A DNA stretch of 64,000 nt. Origin: Trichoplax sp. H2 (taxonomy: Eukaryota). The stretch covers positions 1 through 64,000 of the forward strand of contig NOWV01000252.1 of assembly GCA_003344405.1 (NCBI GenBank). The letters run 5' to 3'. The stretch's first letter is position 1; each line of letters opens with the position of its first letter. Below, piece by piece: positions 28,001 to 40,002 of the stretch. Made by a program: the position numbers and the translations under genes. The notes beneath the pieces were generated by a model. That model ran no database searches. It had not been told where the DNA came from and worked only from the letters and a program-made list of their open reading frames with translations.

Positions 28001-31000
28001 TAGCCGGAAATGATATCCAAGTTTTGGACCTTAAAAATTTCAGAAATTTATCTCTACTCACTGAATTGTAAGCATATAAAAATTAAATTATACACCAGTC
28101 ATCAGCAGCTAATAGGTTCGTTATTCCCAAATTACAGAATTGATTTTAATCCGTAATTCTAGGTATCTTGGTAACAATAAAATCCAGTATTTAGAGGAAA
28201 ATTATTTTGCAAATACTAGATTAAACACTCTGTAAGATTCCTTCTAATATTTTATGTGTATAGGTCTATCAAAAATTTTAATAGTAAGTAACATCGAAAA
28301 CTAAATATCACACCTTATTTGTCTAGATATCTAGACAATAACCGAATTCGATCGGTAAAGAGTACCTTTGATGGAATAAGTTCCTTAACAAATCTGTAAG
28401 TTTTTATACTGTTTGAAACGGGCTGCGAGAACATACTTACTAATCGTAAACAGTGGATTATACTATGGCAATGCCTTTATGATAATCTATTACTATAATA
28501 ATGTTACAATCCTAACTAATGGATTCAAATCGAAAGTGACTTTTTCTACTCTGATACTTTTGTACAACAAATGCGTACTAGGTTTCTCCTATTTCTATAC
28601 TACAGTGGACAAAAACTTAAGAAATTATAGCTGCATTTTTATGTCTATATTAGATCCTTGGAGGGTAATCATATCGATTCATGGAATGCATTACGATTTA
28701 ATAATACCAAATTAATAAGCCTGTAAGAAATATAAGATTTCTTGTCATACGGTTTGTTACTGTAATTACCAAATTCCTACGGGAAAAGGAAAAAGTATTA
28801 GATAAATATACGTTAGCGAATAAGTCAACTTTTTTTATTTAGAAATATTCGTAATAATCGTCTATCCGCCATTGGAAATATGAAACACACCAAGATAAAA
28901 AACCTGTAAGCTATAGATTTCAGAAACTGTAACAAATATTATGCAAAAAAACTTAAGTGAACTTTTAAATTATTATTTTACCTCTAAACAGAGACATTGG
29001 AAACAATATTATTAGCAATCTTTCTTGCGAGGGGCTGTCACCTTTAAGTGTCTTGTTCGTAATATTTCTTATATAGTTTAATATCATATCATCAGTCCTA
29101 ACTTAAAAATCATGAATAGCAGTATTGAAAACTTTCAGCAAAAATATTTTAAATTATATATTTACACTACAGAAATCGATAAAAATGTACCCATACTTTT
29201 ACGTGCTATCCAAGAATATAAATTTTACTCTATTATAGTATCTTTGATAACAATAATATTTCCCACATCGAATCAAATTGCCAATTAATATTCGAAAGAT
29301 TAAGCCACATGTAAGTATTATTACTATGTTACTTAAAGTACTTTAATAAAAATTAATCATACTGGTCAGCAATACAGTTTTTGCATTCCCCTTACTTCCA
29401 GAAATGCAAGTTACAACAATTTGATAAAAAATGGTGTAGACATTGGTAAAAAGCTTTTGAATCACCTCCACACAATATATGAAATGTAAGTCCACATTAT
29501 CTCTGAAAATTTTAAGCAAAATTCCATTGGATCATCGCAAATTTATTTTTTGATAGAAACATAGCTGGAAATAACGTTAAGAAACTATCTACCGATATTG
29601 ATCCGTATTTTTTTCGAAGCCTGTAAGGATTCCATTTGCCATTACGTAAAACAATAAATTAAGATATCCATTCGGTAGCTATAACCTCTTTTGTGATCTG
29701 AATTAGAAATCCTTAACAGTAAATCTATCCCTATGCACACAACAAAAAATGGCAATGGATGATTACTACTATAAAATATTATCTATACTCCTATTAAATA
29801 CTTCTAGGGATATTAGTGACAATCCTATAAGACTGCAAAATATCAAAGGAATTCTGAGAAGACGAACAGTAATTTACATAACAGCATTGTAAGCTTTACA
29901 TCCTTTGCTTGACCTGAATAACGACATGAATAGTAGAATTTCCCATTTCTTGTACTTATGCTGGCAGTTGAAAAGACAGACTACTATGCCAAAATAGCTC
30001 TATGAATGCAAAATGTAGCTTAATTTTTAATTAGTTACTTTTATTAAAGCTATAAATAGTTGAATAAGCTTCACCCTTTTGAGTTGGCTGGCAATCAATT
30101 GCACCAAAATTCTACCACTTTAAAATTAGTAACGCATTCAATACTAAACATCAATAGTTTTGGCTATAAGACTAAAATATATCTATTAATTACTTTCGTA
30201 TTATAAATTTTAAAGTCCGAGTATCTTGAGACACTCCTTATTAACTACTACCTTCAAAATAATTGCATTTCAGCAAAATGAGAAATTGCGCAATTACTGA
30301 CATCCCTCAAAATGCTTTCCGCTTGTATTCATCTTTACAATATTTGTATGTTAATGCTTCATATACTTTATGCACTAGTTACAATAATTTATAATGCTAA
30401 ATTTTACATATATGCATGCTTATTGTATTCATTATATTGCGTGACAATAACAATAGAGATATCAGCAATAATAACCTAGGATCAATCGATATTGCAAACC
30501 TTGCTGCGGACAGTTACAAGAATCTCGAGGCGCTGTAAGTTCTCTATATTCCGAAATAGCTTACGCATTAGCTCTTGTTAAAAATTTCAAAATTCAACAA
30601 AGGAATTCTAGATAAGTTAAACTCCTGTTAAATTACCTACAATTAATCATTATGGTATACGCTGAATTAAACCTTAGAAATAATTTAATTATGAATTATT
30701 CCGTTTCGTTTATTTGAAAGCCATATTGCAGGAAATAGACTCTACAATCTAACATTCTCTACAGAGCTACAGCTTTATGCGTTGAAGAGTCTGTAAGTGT
30801 CAAAAATTAACATGATTCATAATTTAATGGCAAATGAATCAGTATTTAATTACTTAAATGATTTAGTGTAGTTTATGCTTTAGTTTTCCATAGGTAAGAT
30901 GCTTAGAATGCTTCTGTGACGGTGTTATATACTGTATTAGAGTAGAAATATCTATGTTAGGATAATTTTGTTAGCCTATCCTTATTTAGTTAACTTCTAA

Positions 31001-33223
31001 TTTTTACATACTGTGTTTTAATATAGCACTGACTTTATATGACAGTGACATATATACATATACTAAATTAATAGTTATATTAGGGAATACGAGGTATCTA
31101 CTTACAGCTCGAATCATTGTGATTGTAACTTACTTATGGTAGATTGTAAATTATCGTAGAAATATTCCGTGATAGGACATATCGTAATCTGACTATTCAG
31201 TATTAGCCATTAGATATCTCTGTTCGTAAATACTGTGATCTACATTCGAGAGCAGTAGCTAAAATTAATGTCTAATTCAGTGAATGATACTAAAGTTAAT
31301 CGTATTAACTATGACTCATGAACTGTTGAAGAAGAGTATATAAACACAATATATCGTGTAATAAGTTAATTTTTGAAACGTAGTGTTTAACGTAAAATAC
31401 GAGGCGTGTAAGTCTTTGTGTAGTCTTCTAGTAGAGCAAAAGTGTTCCAGATAGTGCAGAAATCGTTGCTTGATACGTGGTTCAAAGAATTGACTTATTG
31501 ATCGTACATTACGTTATCTTATTGCAAAGCTGTTTTGAGACAGCTGCTTATATATGGTACTAAATTATTATAATCTTCAACTATCGCTTTTAGAAATATT
31601 TCGAATAACAAAATTTCCAATATTTGTGAACAAAAACTAGGAACTTATTTTCCATTCATCGAAACTTTGTAATAAATTAAAAGCTAATAAATAAATTGCC
31701 GATTTTTAATACCGGTAATATTTCTGACCGTCTCTGATTTTTTCGTGGTAGGGATATTAGAAATAATGAGATAATCGTTATTCATAACCGGTGTTTTAGA
31801 GGTTTACTGAGAATAAAATTTTTGTAAGCACTCTTATTACAAATTATACGTTAACAAATATTTTCTTATTTTTACGCAGCAAATTAAAATAAAACATGTA
31901 GACTCGAAGTTACTCTATTATCTTGCATGTTAACATAATTAACACTATTGCTATTTTAGATACGTACAAGGTAATAGCTTAGCTTTCGTTACACAGACAT
32001 CCTTTTTTGGACCACCCGATCTATCTACGGTGTAAGTTCAATTTAATATTCAATCAGTTTAAATAGACATAAGCACTACTAATATCAACTAAGCTTGGCA
32101 TACAAGCAATCAAAAAATTCGATATTATTGTTTTAGGCTATCTGGGCGAGATTATCTTTGTTGTATGGTTCCTGGTAAAGTTAAGACTTGCCAACCAAGT
32201 ATGTTTGCCGATACCCTTTCGTCTTGCAGTTATTTATTAGCTCATGCATCTCTGGATGCTTTTGTTTGGATAGTTGGATCGTTAGCTTTAATTGGGAACA
32301 TTATAGTTTTATTACAAAATCACTATTCAAAGTCAATCAAGAGCAATCTAGTACCAACGTTCCTCATAAGTAATCTAGCAATATCAGATCTTATTATGTC
32401 TATTTATCTATTAACTATTGGGATAGCAAATTTAATTTATTCTGATGGTGATTTTGGATTACATTCCGAAAATTGGCTATCGAATCCTGGTTGTCATATC
32501 GCTTGCCTTCTAGTAATAATATCAACATTAATGTCGGTTCTTATTATGGCTATCATTAGTGTTGATAGATTTATTTGCATTGCTTATCCTTTCTCTACCG
32601 CTAATTTATCTCTGAAAGTTGCTAGAATCACTCTTGGACTGGTATGGCTAATAATTATCTCGTTCTCTAGCATTCCAGTTATGTTTAGTATAAATCAGCC
32701 GGGACATCTTAGGATCTACGCCTATAATAGTATGTGCATGCCAAATAATTATCGCGGTATATTTAATGCGACATGGATGATTTCATATTTGTCAATAACA
32801 GTTATAGTGTGGATAATAATGATTGCCTTATATACTCGCATCTTCATGGCAGTACAACAAAGTAGTAAGGGAATACGAAAGTCATCTCTAAACGATAACA
32901 AAATATTGGCGATACGTTTGTCGTTAATATTAATAAGTGATTTAATTTCTTGGCTACCGTATCTTTATATTACTATTTCTGGGCTCATACTAGAAGGCAA
33001 AGTTGACACAATTACATTACAATTTATTGCTACATTTACGCTGCCTCTAAATTCTGCTATAAATCCTTTCCTCTACACTTTGACTAGCATTAAAGTACTC
33101 AAAAGAACTTTTTTATCCAAAAAGACCAAGCCATCAAAATCGGCATTCTCATCACAAGCTGTAACTAAATCTAGCGTGCTTTCAATGCAACTTGTTACGT
33201 TTGTCAATACTGTAGAAGACTAG
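7095..33223 (+). CDS. Giant leucine-rich-repeat GPCR (LGR, RXFP/GRL101-like 7TM), 48 exons, 45 LRRs, ~1501 aa
   Basis: Exons: signal peptide 7095-7167 (MQRNSVSNICQFVIILAFFTFVKS); LRRNT 7441-7558; LRR exons 7775-7846, 10793-10864, 11033-11104, 12982-13053, 13140-13211, 13627-13698, 15557-15628, 16215-16286, 17512-17583, 18312-18383, 18481-18552, 19001-19072, 19388-19459, 20547-20618, 21053-21124, 21312-21383, 21536-21607, 22023-22094, 22365-22436, 22731-22796, 23492-23563, 24166-24237, 24535-24606, 25278-25352, 25868-25930, 26141-26212, 26293-26373, 26568-26639, 26771-26836, 27996-28067, 28163-28231, 28327-28395, 28654-28722, 28843-28905, 28992-29054, 29239-29310, 29402-29485, 29557-29622, 29808-29888, 30274-30345, 30457-30534, 30721-30792, 31594-31668, 31752-31823, 31960-32031; terminal exon 32137-33223. 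All LRR exons are AG/GT-bounded, phase 2-2, multiples of 3, stop-free, and most fit xLxxNxIxxIxxxxFxxLxxLxxL. The sum is 4506 nt, in frame. Caveat: the model crosses three assembly gaps. Confidence 0.85.
8564..9924 (+). repeat. Second divergent copy of 7061-8421, including the signal-peptide exon (8598-8670), LRRNT exon (8945-9062) and first LRR exon (9277-9348); uncollapsed haplotype or paralog between gaps
   Basis: Near-identical to 7061-8421 with scattered SNPs, on a small contig bounded by 20-N gaps at 8544-8563 and 10310-10329. Confidence 0.9.
9925..10309 (+). mobile_element. 5' part of an LTR-like element (family D), present only in this copy of the intron and truncated by the gap
   Basis: Begins TGTGATGTTTCGGAAG, homologous to 11344 TGTAATACTTCGGAAG and to 12041-12140. 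The other two copies read TACTT-AACTTCC uninterrupted. Confidence 0.7.
10330..10649 (+). repeat. Third copy of the intron segment 8224-8543
   Basis: 320-bp overlap after the second gap, with about 6 substitutions against 8224-8543. Confidence 0.85.
11344..12698 (+). mobile_element. Outer LTR-like element (family D) interrupted by a nested related element
   Basis: Runs TGTAAT...GCTACA. The segments either side of the nested insert rejoin to match 9925-10180. No clear TSD for the outer element. Confidence 0.55.
11492..12035 (+). mobile_element. Nested solo-LTR-like element (family D) with perfect 5-bp TSD AATAG
   Basis: AATAG|TGCGAT...ATTACA|AATAG. Homologous to 16395-16964 (reverse) and 61351-61620. 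Confidence 0.75.
13820..14475 (+). mobile_element. Solo-LTR-like element, family B, TSD GCTAC
   Basis: GCTAC|TGTTACAAAACAGC...GGTAATA|GCTAC (terminal CA mutated to TA). Homologous in reverse to 30915-31542, 34092-34768 and 57070-57703. Confidence 0.8.
14846..15316 (+). repeat. Redundant copy of 14300-14825 across the third gap, with a 55-bp indel
   Basis: The same sequence restarts right after the 20-N gap (14826-14845); 471 vs 526 bp. Typical of an uncollapsed haplotype overlap. Confidence 0.9.
16395..16964 (-). mobile_element. Solo-LTR-like element, family D
   Basis: TGTAAA...ATCACA, flanks GTACT/ATACT (4/5), reverse homolog of 11492-12035. Confidence 0.7.
19862..20294 (+). mobile_element. 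Solo-LTR-like element, family A, perfect TSD GGTAG
   Basis: GGTAG|TGTCAC...GTGACA|GGTAG, homologous to 2639-3206. Confidence 0.8.
30915..31542 (-). mobile_element. Solo-LTR-like element, family B (more diverged)
   Basis: TGTGAC...GAGACA, flanks GCTTC/GCTGC (4/5). Shares TAGTGTTTAACGTAA..TACGAGG and GATACGTGGTTCA blocks with the other B copies. Confidence 0.7.
32137..33223 (+). CDS. Terminal exon of the LRR-GPCR: hinge + 7TM + C-tail (same gene as 7095-33223)
   Basis: The acceptor TTTTAG|G precedes LSGRDYLCCMVPGKVKTCQPSMFADTLSSCSYLL (RXFP/GRL101-type CC..C.P..D..SSC..LL hinge). Then GN (TM1), NLAISDL (TM2), ISVDRF (TM3), SMCMP, SDLISWLP (TM6), LPLNSAINPFLY (TM7). Confidence 0.95.
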
Positions 33224-33550
33224 CGATACAAAAAATATTTAAAATTGCAGTAAATTTAAATGTATTACAATTGATATAAAGCTATTGTCAGCATTACTGG
33301 CAATTATTTACAGTATTTACTGAAGGAAGACTATTATCGAAGCAGACCATGCCATCACATTTTGCTTTTTATCACGAGCTGCTGCTAAATCTTGCCTACT
33401 TTTAAAGGAAGTTATCGCCTCTTTTAATGCTATAGAAGACTAGTAATATAAAATATTTAGAATAAATATGAATACATTCCATCTGATAATATTTGTTCTT
33501 ACATTTTATGCAAACTGATTGTCAGCAGTACTGGCAGTTAAAATATTTAT
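33100..33550 (+). repeat. ~220-bp tandem duplication of the LGR C-terminal coding tail and proximal 3' UTR
   Basis: TAGAAGACTAG ends at both 33223 and 33443. The copy translates LSKQTMPSHFAF/(frameshift)SRAAAKSCLLLKEVIASFNAIED* against LSKKTKPSKSAFSSQAVTKSSVLSMQLVTFVNTVED*. Confidence 0.75.
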
Positions 33551-34091
33551 AAATGAATTTGCAGATGCAAAAATTAATTTTTGGAGCTAAATCGTCTTCC
33601 AAAATACTTCAATTTGCCAGCACGTTAATTTATGCTTGCATTCCTAAATTACACTTACAACTGTATGCAGTAAAGCACTTTTAGATATAGTTGAAGATTT
33701 TTAAAGCATGCAGACAATTTTAATTCATATATTTCAAATATATATAATTAAGTTGCGAACGGCTACTTTGTCTACTGCCTGATCATTTTATGGATTTGTA
33801 GCTCATAACTAAGTACTATTGTAGATATCGTTATTATTATTTACTAGTAAAAGCTTGTAAATGTTTCTATTATGCATTTCATCATTCATAATGTTTGTGA
33901 TAGATAGTGACGATATGGACGTCTAATAAAAGATTCCAGCTAGTAAAAACACTTATGCAATCGATGAAACAAATATCTTTTAAGTTTGAGTCATCTGTGA
34001 AGGAAGTAGAGATGATGGTGCTTATTTCAATAAAAGACTTTCAATAATCGTAATCATAACACTCTATAAACGTACTGAAATTATAAGTATT

Positions 34092-34768
34092 TGTTACAGT
34101 GTTATACACTGTAATATCGAGATTATAGTAGAAACATCTACGTTAGGATAATTTTGTTGATTTACCCTTATATACAAGGTATAAAGTTACTGAACCTCTG
34201 ACAGGTCTAAGTACACGGTAAAAAGTTACTGAACCTCTGACCGGTCTATCAAATGGTAATACTATCTGTTAAATGAGCACATTATCGTTAACCGTCAGCA
34301 AAGCGACGGGAGTTTGCACTAGTCTTCTTATAATTCAAATCACTGTGATTATAATTTACTTATGGTGCATTGTAGATTATCGTAGGAATGTTCCGTGATA
34401 GGACATATTGTAATCCGACAATTTTGTATTTGTCATTCGATGTCTATGTTCGTAAATACTGTTGTCTTCATTAAGTAGCAGTAGATAAAATCAGCTTGTG
34501 ATTCATTATCAGGTTTCACCGTTGATATTACTAACTAGGATGTCTTTGCTATTGTAAAAGAGTATATAAATGTGATAAATCGTATGATAAAGTTAGTTCT
34601 TATGATTAGTGTTTAACGTAAGATACGAGGTGTCCAAGTCTTTTTGTAGTCTACTAGTATGGGAAAAGTGTTCCTGAAATAGTAGATACTGCTCCCTGAT
34701 ACGTGGTTCAGGGAATCGACTGATTGACCGTGCATTACGCTATCTTGTTGCAAAGCTGTTTTGTAACA
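34092..34768 (-). mobile_element. Solo-LTR-like element, family B, carrying a Helitron-like insert
   Basis: TGTTAC...GTAACA termini, close match to 57070-57703 outside 34179-34322. TSD not preserved. Confidence 0.75.
34179..34322 (+). mobile_element. Non-autonomous Helitron-like fragment inside family B
   Basis: Ends CCGTCAGCAAAGCGACGG-GAGTTTGCA-CTAG|T, with an internal duplication of AAAGTTACTGAACCTCTGAC. 5' TC terminus not resolved. Confidence 0.65.
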
Positions 34769-35411
34769 GTCGCCCATTGATTTTATTTGTAGTTACGAAT
34801 CTGTATGCATAGAAACAGCAGGTTATGAAGTCTTGATCTGATACCTATCGAACTTAATTTATTCAGTATTGCTGGAGTACAGCACCCCTTAGTTTTGATG
34901 ACACGTTAGATGGTTATATACCGCTTTTTTTAATTTTTAGGCCTTTACGAATTTCTTACTGAAGCAACAGAAGTTTTATCGAATACTGTGTTTAGTACAA
35001 AATATAGCACTGCATTGGAAGTGTCTTATAAACTCCCCGAATTCAATCCGTGTTTAAAGGTTTTATTATAATCGATAGTATTTGTGAGATCGTCAATCTT
35101 AGGAGAGAAGTGTACGATCGAGCCAATGATCGTATTTAATGTTATTGTATTCCATGACTTTGACATGAAACAAAATTACTGTATTCCATACTAAGTATTA
35201 CAGATTACTGTAAGATTTTATAATCTTAAATTCATTCTCTGCTGCATTAATATAACGCTATTAGGCGTACAGATATCATCTATTGCGCCATTACATGCTT
35301 ACTTCATGCAGCCTATCTATTCTTAGAATAAAATAAGGTTGTCACACAATCATGCATAGCAAATGGTGTGGACTCCATCACATAGAAACGAAATTATAAT
35401 GCATTTTAAGC

Positions 35412-38400
35412 TTAAAATACTACTGATTTCTCTAAATCATTGGAAATATCTTCAGGTTGTAGTAAAGGATGCTCATGAAAGGATTGATCATCTTTACTTG
35501 CACTACTCAAGTTTTCATTTATAATCGCCTGTTCATCTCCTACTTCATATCGTTCAATATCACGTTTCATGAAGTAATATGTTAGAAAGGAAAAGATCGT
35601 TGAGAACACTTTCATAATTGCAAGAACACCAGTTATAGCTAATGCCAAGGAATGACTGTCATATATCCAACAGAACTTTCTTTCACCACAGTCTTCTTTC
35701 CATAAATTACAGGCGCTATCAATAAATGCACCCATTATAATAGGACCTGGCGTAGTCGCTAAAACCAAGATAATTGCCTTCTCTATAGCTAGAGCAAGTG
35801 AACGTTGGCTCTCTGGGACGCAGCTAAATTGATATTACTTTAATTAGCATGAGATTATGTATCCTTATAGTTCAGATAATATTTTAATTATATCAGGATT
35901 ACACTATGATGATGACATCATCTCGCATTAATTTTAACTTACCGAAAGATAATTTGAAATGAAGGTATTAGTGTGCAGAAGACTAGAAAAGCAAATAAAG
36001 TCCCTAAAATTAAAAATGGAATTAAGGCATTGCAGGGCTTCGGACAATAATTCATTATAACATGTTGAGAAATTGCGTCGCTGTTGTTCATTAAATTCCA
36101 ACCACTTAGACAACTACAATTGTAAAAGATCTAAAATATAACAAAAATAATTAGGGAACGGCTGCTTTCAAGCTTATATAATGAAGCAATTGCTAAGTTT
36201 TGATGCATATCTTAAAAATGCTATTAATTCGTTGATTTACCATAACCTTATTAGTTGATTTTATTTAACTGACCTCCTCTTTTGCTATGCTATCATTGCC
36301 AGATAAACAACCGGCATAACAAGGCGAAAAGTATGTTATTCCAGTTCTTTGATCGCATACTGGTTTAAAATTATCGGTGCTACAGTGACAGCCAAGATTA
36401 CATTCAATACTCAGATTATAGGCCAGGTGATTAGTGCCTTTAGCGGAAGTATCACTAAACAGGGTTATGATAGCAAATTAATAAACGAGATTATGCCAAG
36501 ATAACTTAATTTTACGGCTAATTGTTAATGTAATTTCGCAAATATGCATCCATGCTTGTTATTTAAAATAAATTCGCACTATTTCATCTTAAACTAATAG
36601 TAAAAATAATTAAAATGATATAAAACTTTTAGTTACAGTGCTCTTTCTATTATTTAGCAATTACTTGAAATAAGAAACATTTACTCCAGCAATAGCTGTA
36701 CTTGGACATCTCGTAATGATAAACGCGAATGCAGTCAGTATACTTAAACAACAAGCCATCCAGTTATATTTTGCCAACATTAAAACGCCTAATTTCTTTT
36801 TTTTCAGGAGTATCCCTACCTGAGTGTATAAACGTATAGCAACATAGTTATAGAAAATGATTTGCAAATCGATTCAATTTTCTGACGTTCAAAAACTACA
36901 CAAAATTGTATTAATCAAGATAATGTGTAAGATGCTTAATCGTTAAATGAGCTTATTCTCTTAATACTGTATCTTTAACTACAGAACAAACTAGCTCGGC
37001 AATTTCTACTAATTAGCATTAAGACCATCAATTAACATACCAGTATAACTCCAAGCAGCATTCCTATAACGATTATTAGGCCAGAATACATACTCGCATC
37101 GGCTGCACTTATTCCGTACTGTGCTTCCAAATACTTTGGAAGGAATGTTCCCATACCAGCTAGCACTATAAGATGCCCTACTAGACTTAATGTAGTGCAT
37201 ACATAGGGTAAATTGCATAACAACTCTTTACATGCTGGTATAATTTCTTTCAGATTTGTGCCATACTGTTTATCAACGCTTGATTTACCAATAGCCTGCT
37301 CTTTACGTTGTTTCTTATACAGTTCATAATTTGGCAAATGGCGAGGAAAAGCGAACATTGGTATCGAACCTATTGCCACACATATACCGGTAAGGACGTA
37401 ACCAAGCCACCAAGCACCAATCCAGTTTGGATTATTTGGTGTCAATCCCGGGCCTAAGTAACATAAATCAGTATCATTTACAGTAATTTTTTCATATTGA
37501 TTGAAGAGTATCAAAAATATATTTTAATTTACGCTGCATAACCGCTAATATTACTCTACCATGGATGGTATTAAAACTTAATTGGGAATCATATATAGCC
37601 TACAAAGTCTAGCTCGATAAAGAATGAGGACTTGGGATCTTAAATTAAGAAGTTGCTACCATTTCTAAGGTAGAATTTAATTGAAGAAGCTTAATATTTT
37701 CATCCATGCCATCCTTAATTCGTTCAATGTTGTAATACCACAGTACATAGTGGCAATGATGTACGCGTATAATGATCATATTTATGCCAAGGGTCTACTT
37801 TTTAAATAGGTTTATGGGCTAGCTAATCTTACATTAGCAGTTGGCAATACTGTTGTAGTGTTTCAGTACTATCTCGAATATTGAATATTTTCTGTTTTTA
37901 AATCCTAACGTAACAGTTCTAACATAACATTGTAAGAAATTTCTGCACTTATTGCTTAATTATATCAACAACATTCAACTACATTGAATGAATGTGATTA
38001 CGGTGTCTTACCTGGCTTTCTAAAAGGCCAATAGACGTATAAATCCAAAGCCGTCCCTCCAAAAGCAAAGCCAAAAGCAGTACTTAATCCGATTATACTT
38101 ACATTGATACCAGTAAAAACTGGAGATATATCTGGGCTAACGCTTTCATCTAAATAAGACCAACCGACTGTAGCGAGAATAGACGTACCGGCACCCAAGA
38201 CAAATTGACCAATACAGAAAATAAAAAGGTATACTCCTTTGCTTATATTCTGTTGCTGACAGACATTAGGAATCGACCTATTATGTTCCAAGCAAAAATC
38301 AGATTGATTGTCGTAAAGCTGATATGAATCTAAAGTGCTGTAACTGGGATTTACAAGATGAGGCAAAATATAAACGATGCATCCAGCGGCAGTGATGAGT

Positions 38401-38771
38401 CCAGTTAAACCAAGCCATTTTCCTTTATGAGAATGTGCCGCTTTATGTGATATAATGATACCGAATACTGACTGCGCTATGCTATAGCAGACCGTTGTGC
38501 CACCAATATCAGCACTACTCAAACCAAATCCTTTCTGTATAGTGGAAACTATACTTGCATCATAACCAGTGGTGATAAAACCATAAAAAAGTTGACAAAT
38601 ACCAATCCAGAATGCCAAACATAAATGATGGTTAAATACTTGTAACCAATTTGGGTGAAAATTAAAGCAACCAAAACGTTGATCTGGTGGTAACTGAGAG
38701 CCTCTACGCTCAGTTTTCTGTTCTTTCATTTCATCATCTGACGATGACCCAAAATTGACTTCTGTGTCCAT
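35412..38771 (-). CDS. Organic anion transporting polypeptide (OATP/SLCO family), 6 exons, ~702 aa
   Basis: Exons 38771-38012, 37453-37041, 36819-36665, 36454-36274, 36130-35943, 35823-35412 splice in frame. Motifs: NWIGAWWLG signature, SYLDE, FLPKYLEAQY, Kazal-like CNLGCHC..FKPVC..TYFSPCYAGC, PGPIIMGAFIDSACNLW...C....CWIYD. Confidence 0.92.
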
Positions 38772-39702
38772 TTTAACACTCACAATCTCCTAATTACTCC
38801 TTCCAATGAAACTGATAATAAGGCTTCAAATTCAATATTAATTTTGCGATTGTAAAAAATAATAATATCCACCAAGCCAATCACAAATCAAAGTTGGGCT
38901 CCAGCTCACATTTCCAATATTTCTATCTTTCCTGAATAATGGGATGGTACAACACAGCCTAATTTAAACACCGTCGCTCAATTCGCCGACCCTAAAGCAA
39001 ATGATAGATGGTCAATATGCCCAATTTTGTCCCAATGTACGTATTCTGATTTTTTTATGCCTTACTTCTTCTATTCAATGCCACAATCTTTGTCGAATAT
39101 AGTCGTGTAAACAGGGCCCCCTGTTTGAGCACAATGCATGAACTTTCAACCAAGAACAATAAGCCTTATATTAGGGGTCAAATTCTTGGGGGAGAATACG
39201 AATAGTACGGTTGCTTGGATCAAGTGCGTGTAAATTCGAAGGTCTAATGCTCATGATCCGCCTGCTTGTACGAGATTAAATTGGATGATCAATCAGTAGG
39301 GTTGCTCTAATTATCGAATAAACCTCCATTGGGCCTATTCGTTCAACATTTCGCTCCACATTGGAAACTTGCGACTTAATTGATGAACTAGCTAACTCGA
39401 TCGATGTACTAGAAAGAATCCATGGACTTGCAACTTCTTTGGACGGACAGACATTGGGCCTACTTTGTCAATAAATTGTGTCCAACACTTCATTATGACC
39501 AGTACTTTTGGAAGCAGGCAGTCGATTCTGAATATGGATTGCATTGATCTAAATGAAGTAATATTACGTTGCCTCTTACTAAGTTCTGCTTAGAAGCAAT
39601 CAATCTAGATCATGAACGTTATTCAAATGAATACGATCGATTTAGAAAATAGATACGATAGATCTAGACACTACATTATACTGAGTAAACTGTTTTTCGA
39701 CA

Positions 39703-40002
39703 TTTTCGCCCTTATCTAATATGAAAAGTCCGTCCATCCGCGGGGAGTTGCAGCTCCAAGTATACAGTATAGTATTTGCTAGTACTCTACTGTCGTCGAT
39801 GGTACTGTATTGTACAGTACAGTGCAGTACTATGAGATAACAGTACGATAGTTTCGCCCTTATCTGATATGCAAGGTCCGTCCATCCGAGGAGAGTTTCA
39901 GGTCCAAGTATACACTACAGTAACTTTAGTATTTGCTAATACTGTACTATAGTCCATGGTACTGTATTGTACAGAATAGTACAGGACTATGAGAAACAGT
40001 AC
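39703..40002 (+). repeat. Two diverged ~150-bp tandem units followed by TACAG/ACAGT-rich low-complexity sequence (to ~40140)
   Basis: TTTCGCCCTTATCT.ATATG.AA.GTCCGTCCATCCG occurs at ~39704 and ~39852, each followed by CCAAGTATACA..TAGTATTTGCTA..ATGGTACTGTATTGTACAG..ACTATGAGA. Confidence 0.75.

Noticed and set aside
27342..28715. 109-aa and 100-aa ORFs in LGR introns
   Set aside because: No recognisable motifs and AT-rich composition. The second overlaps a real exon out of frame.
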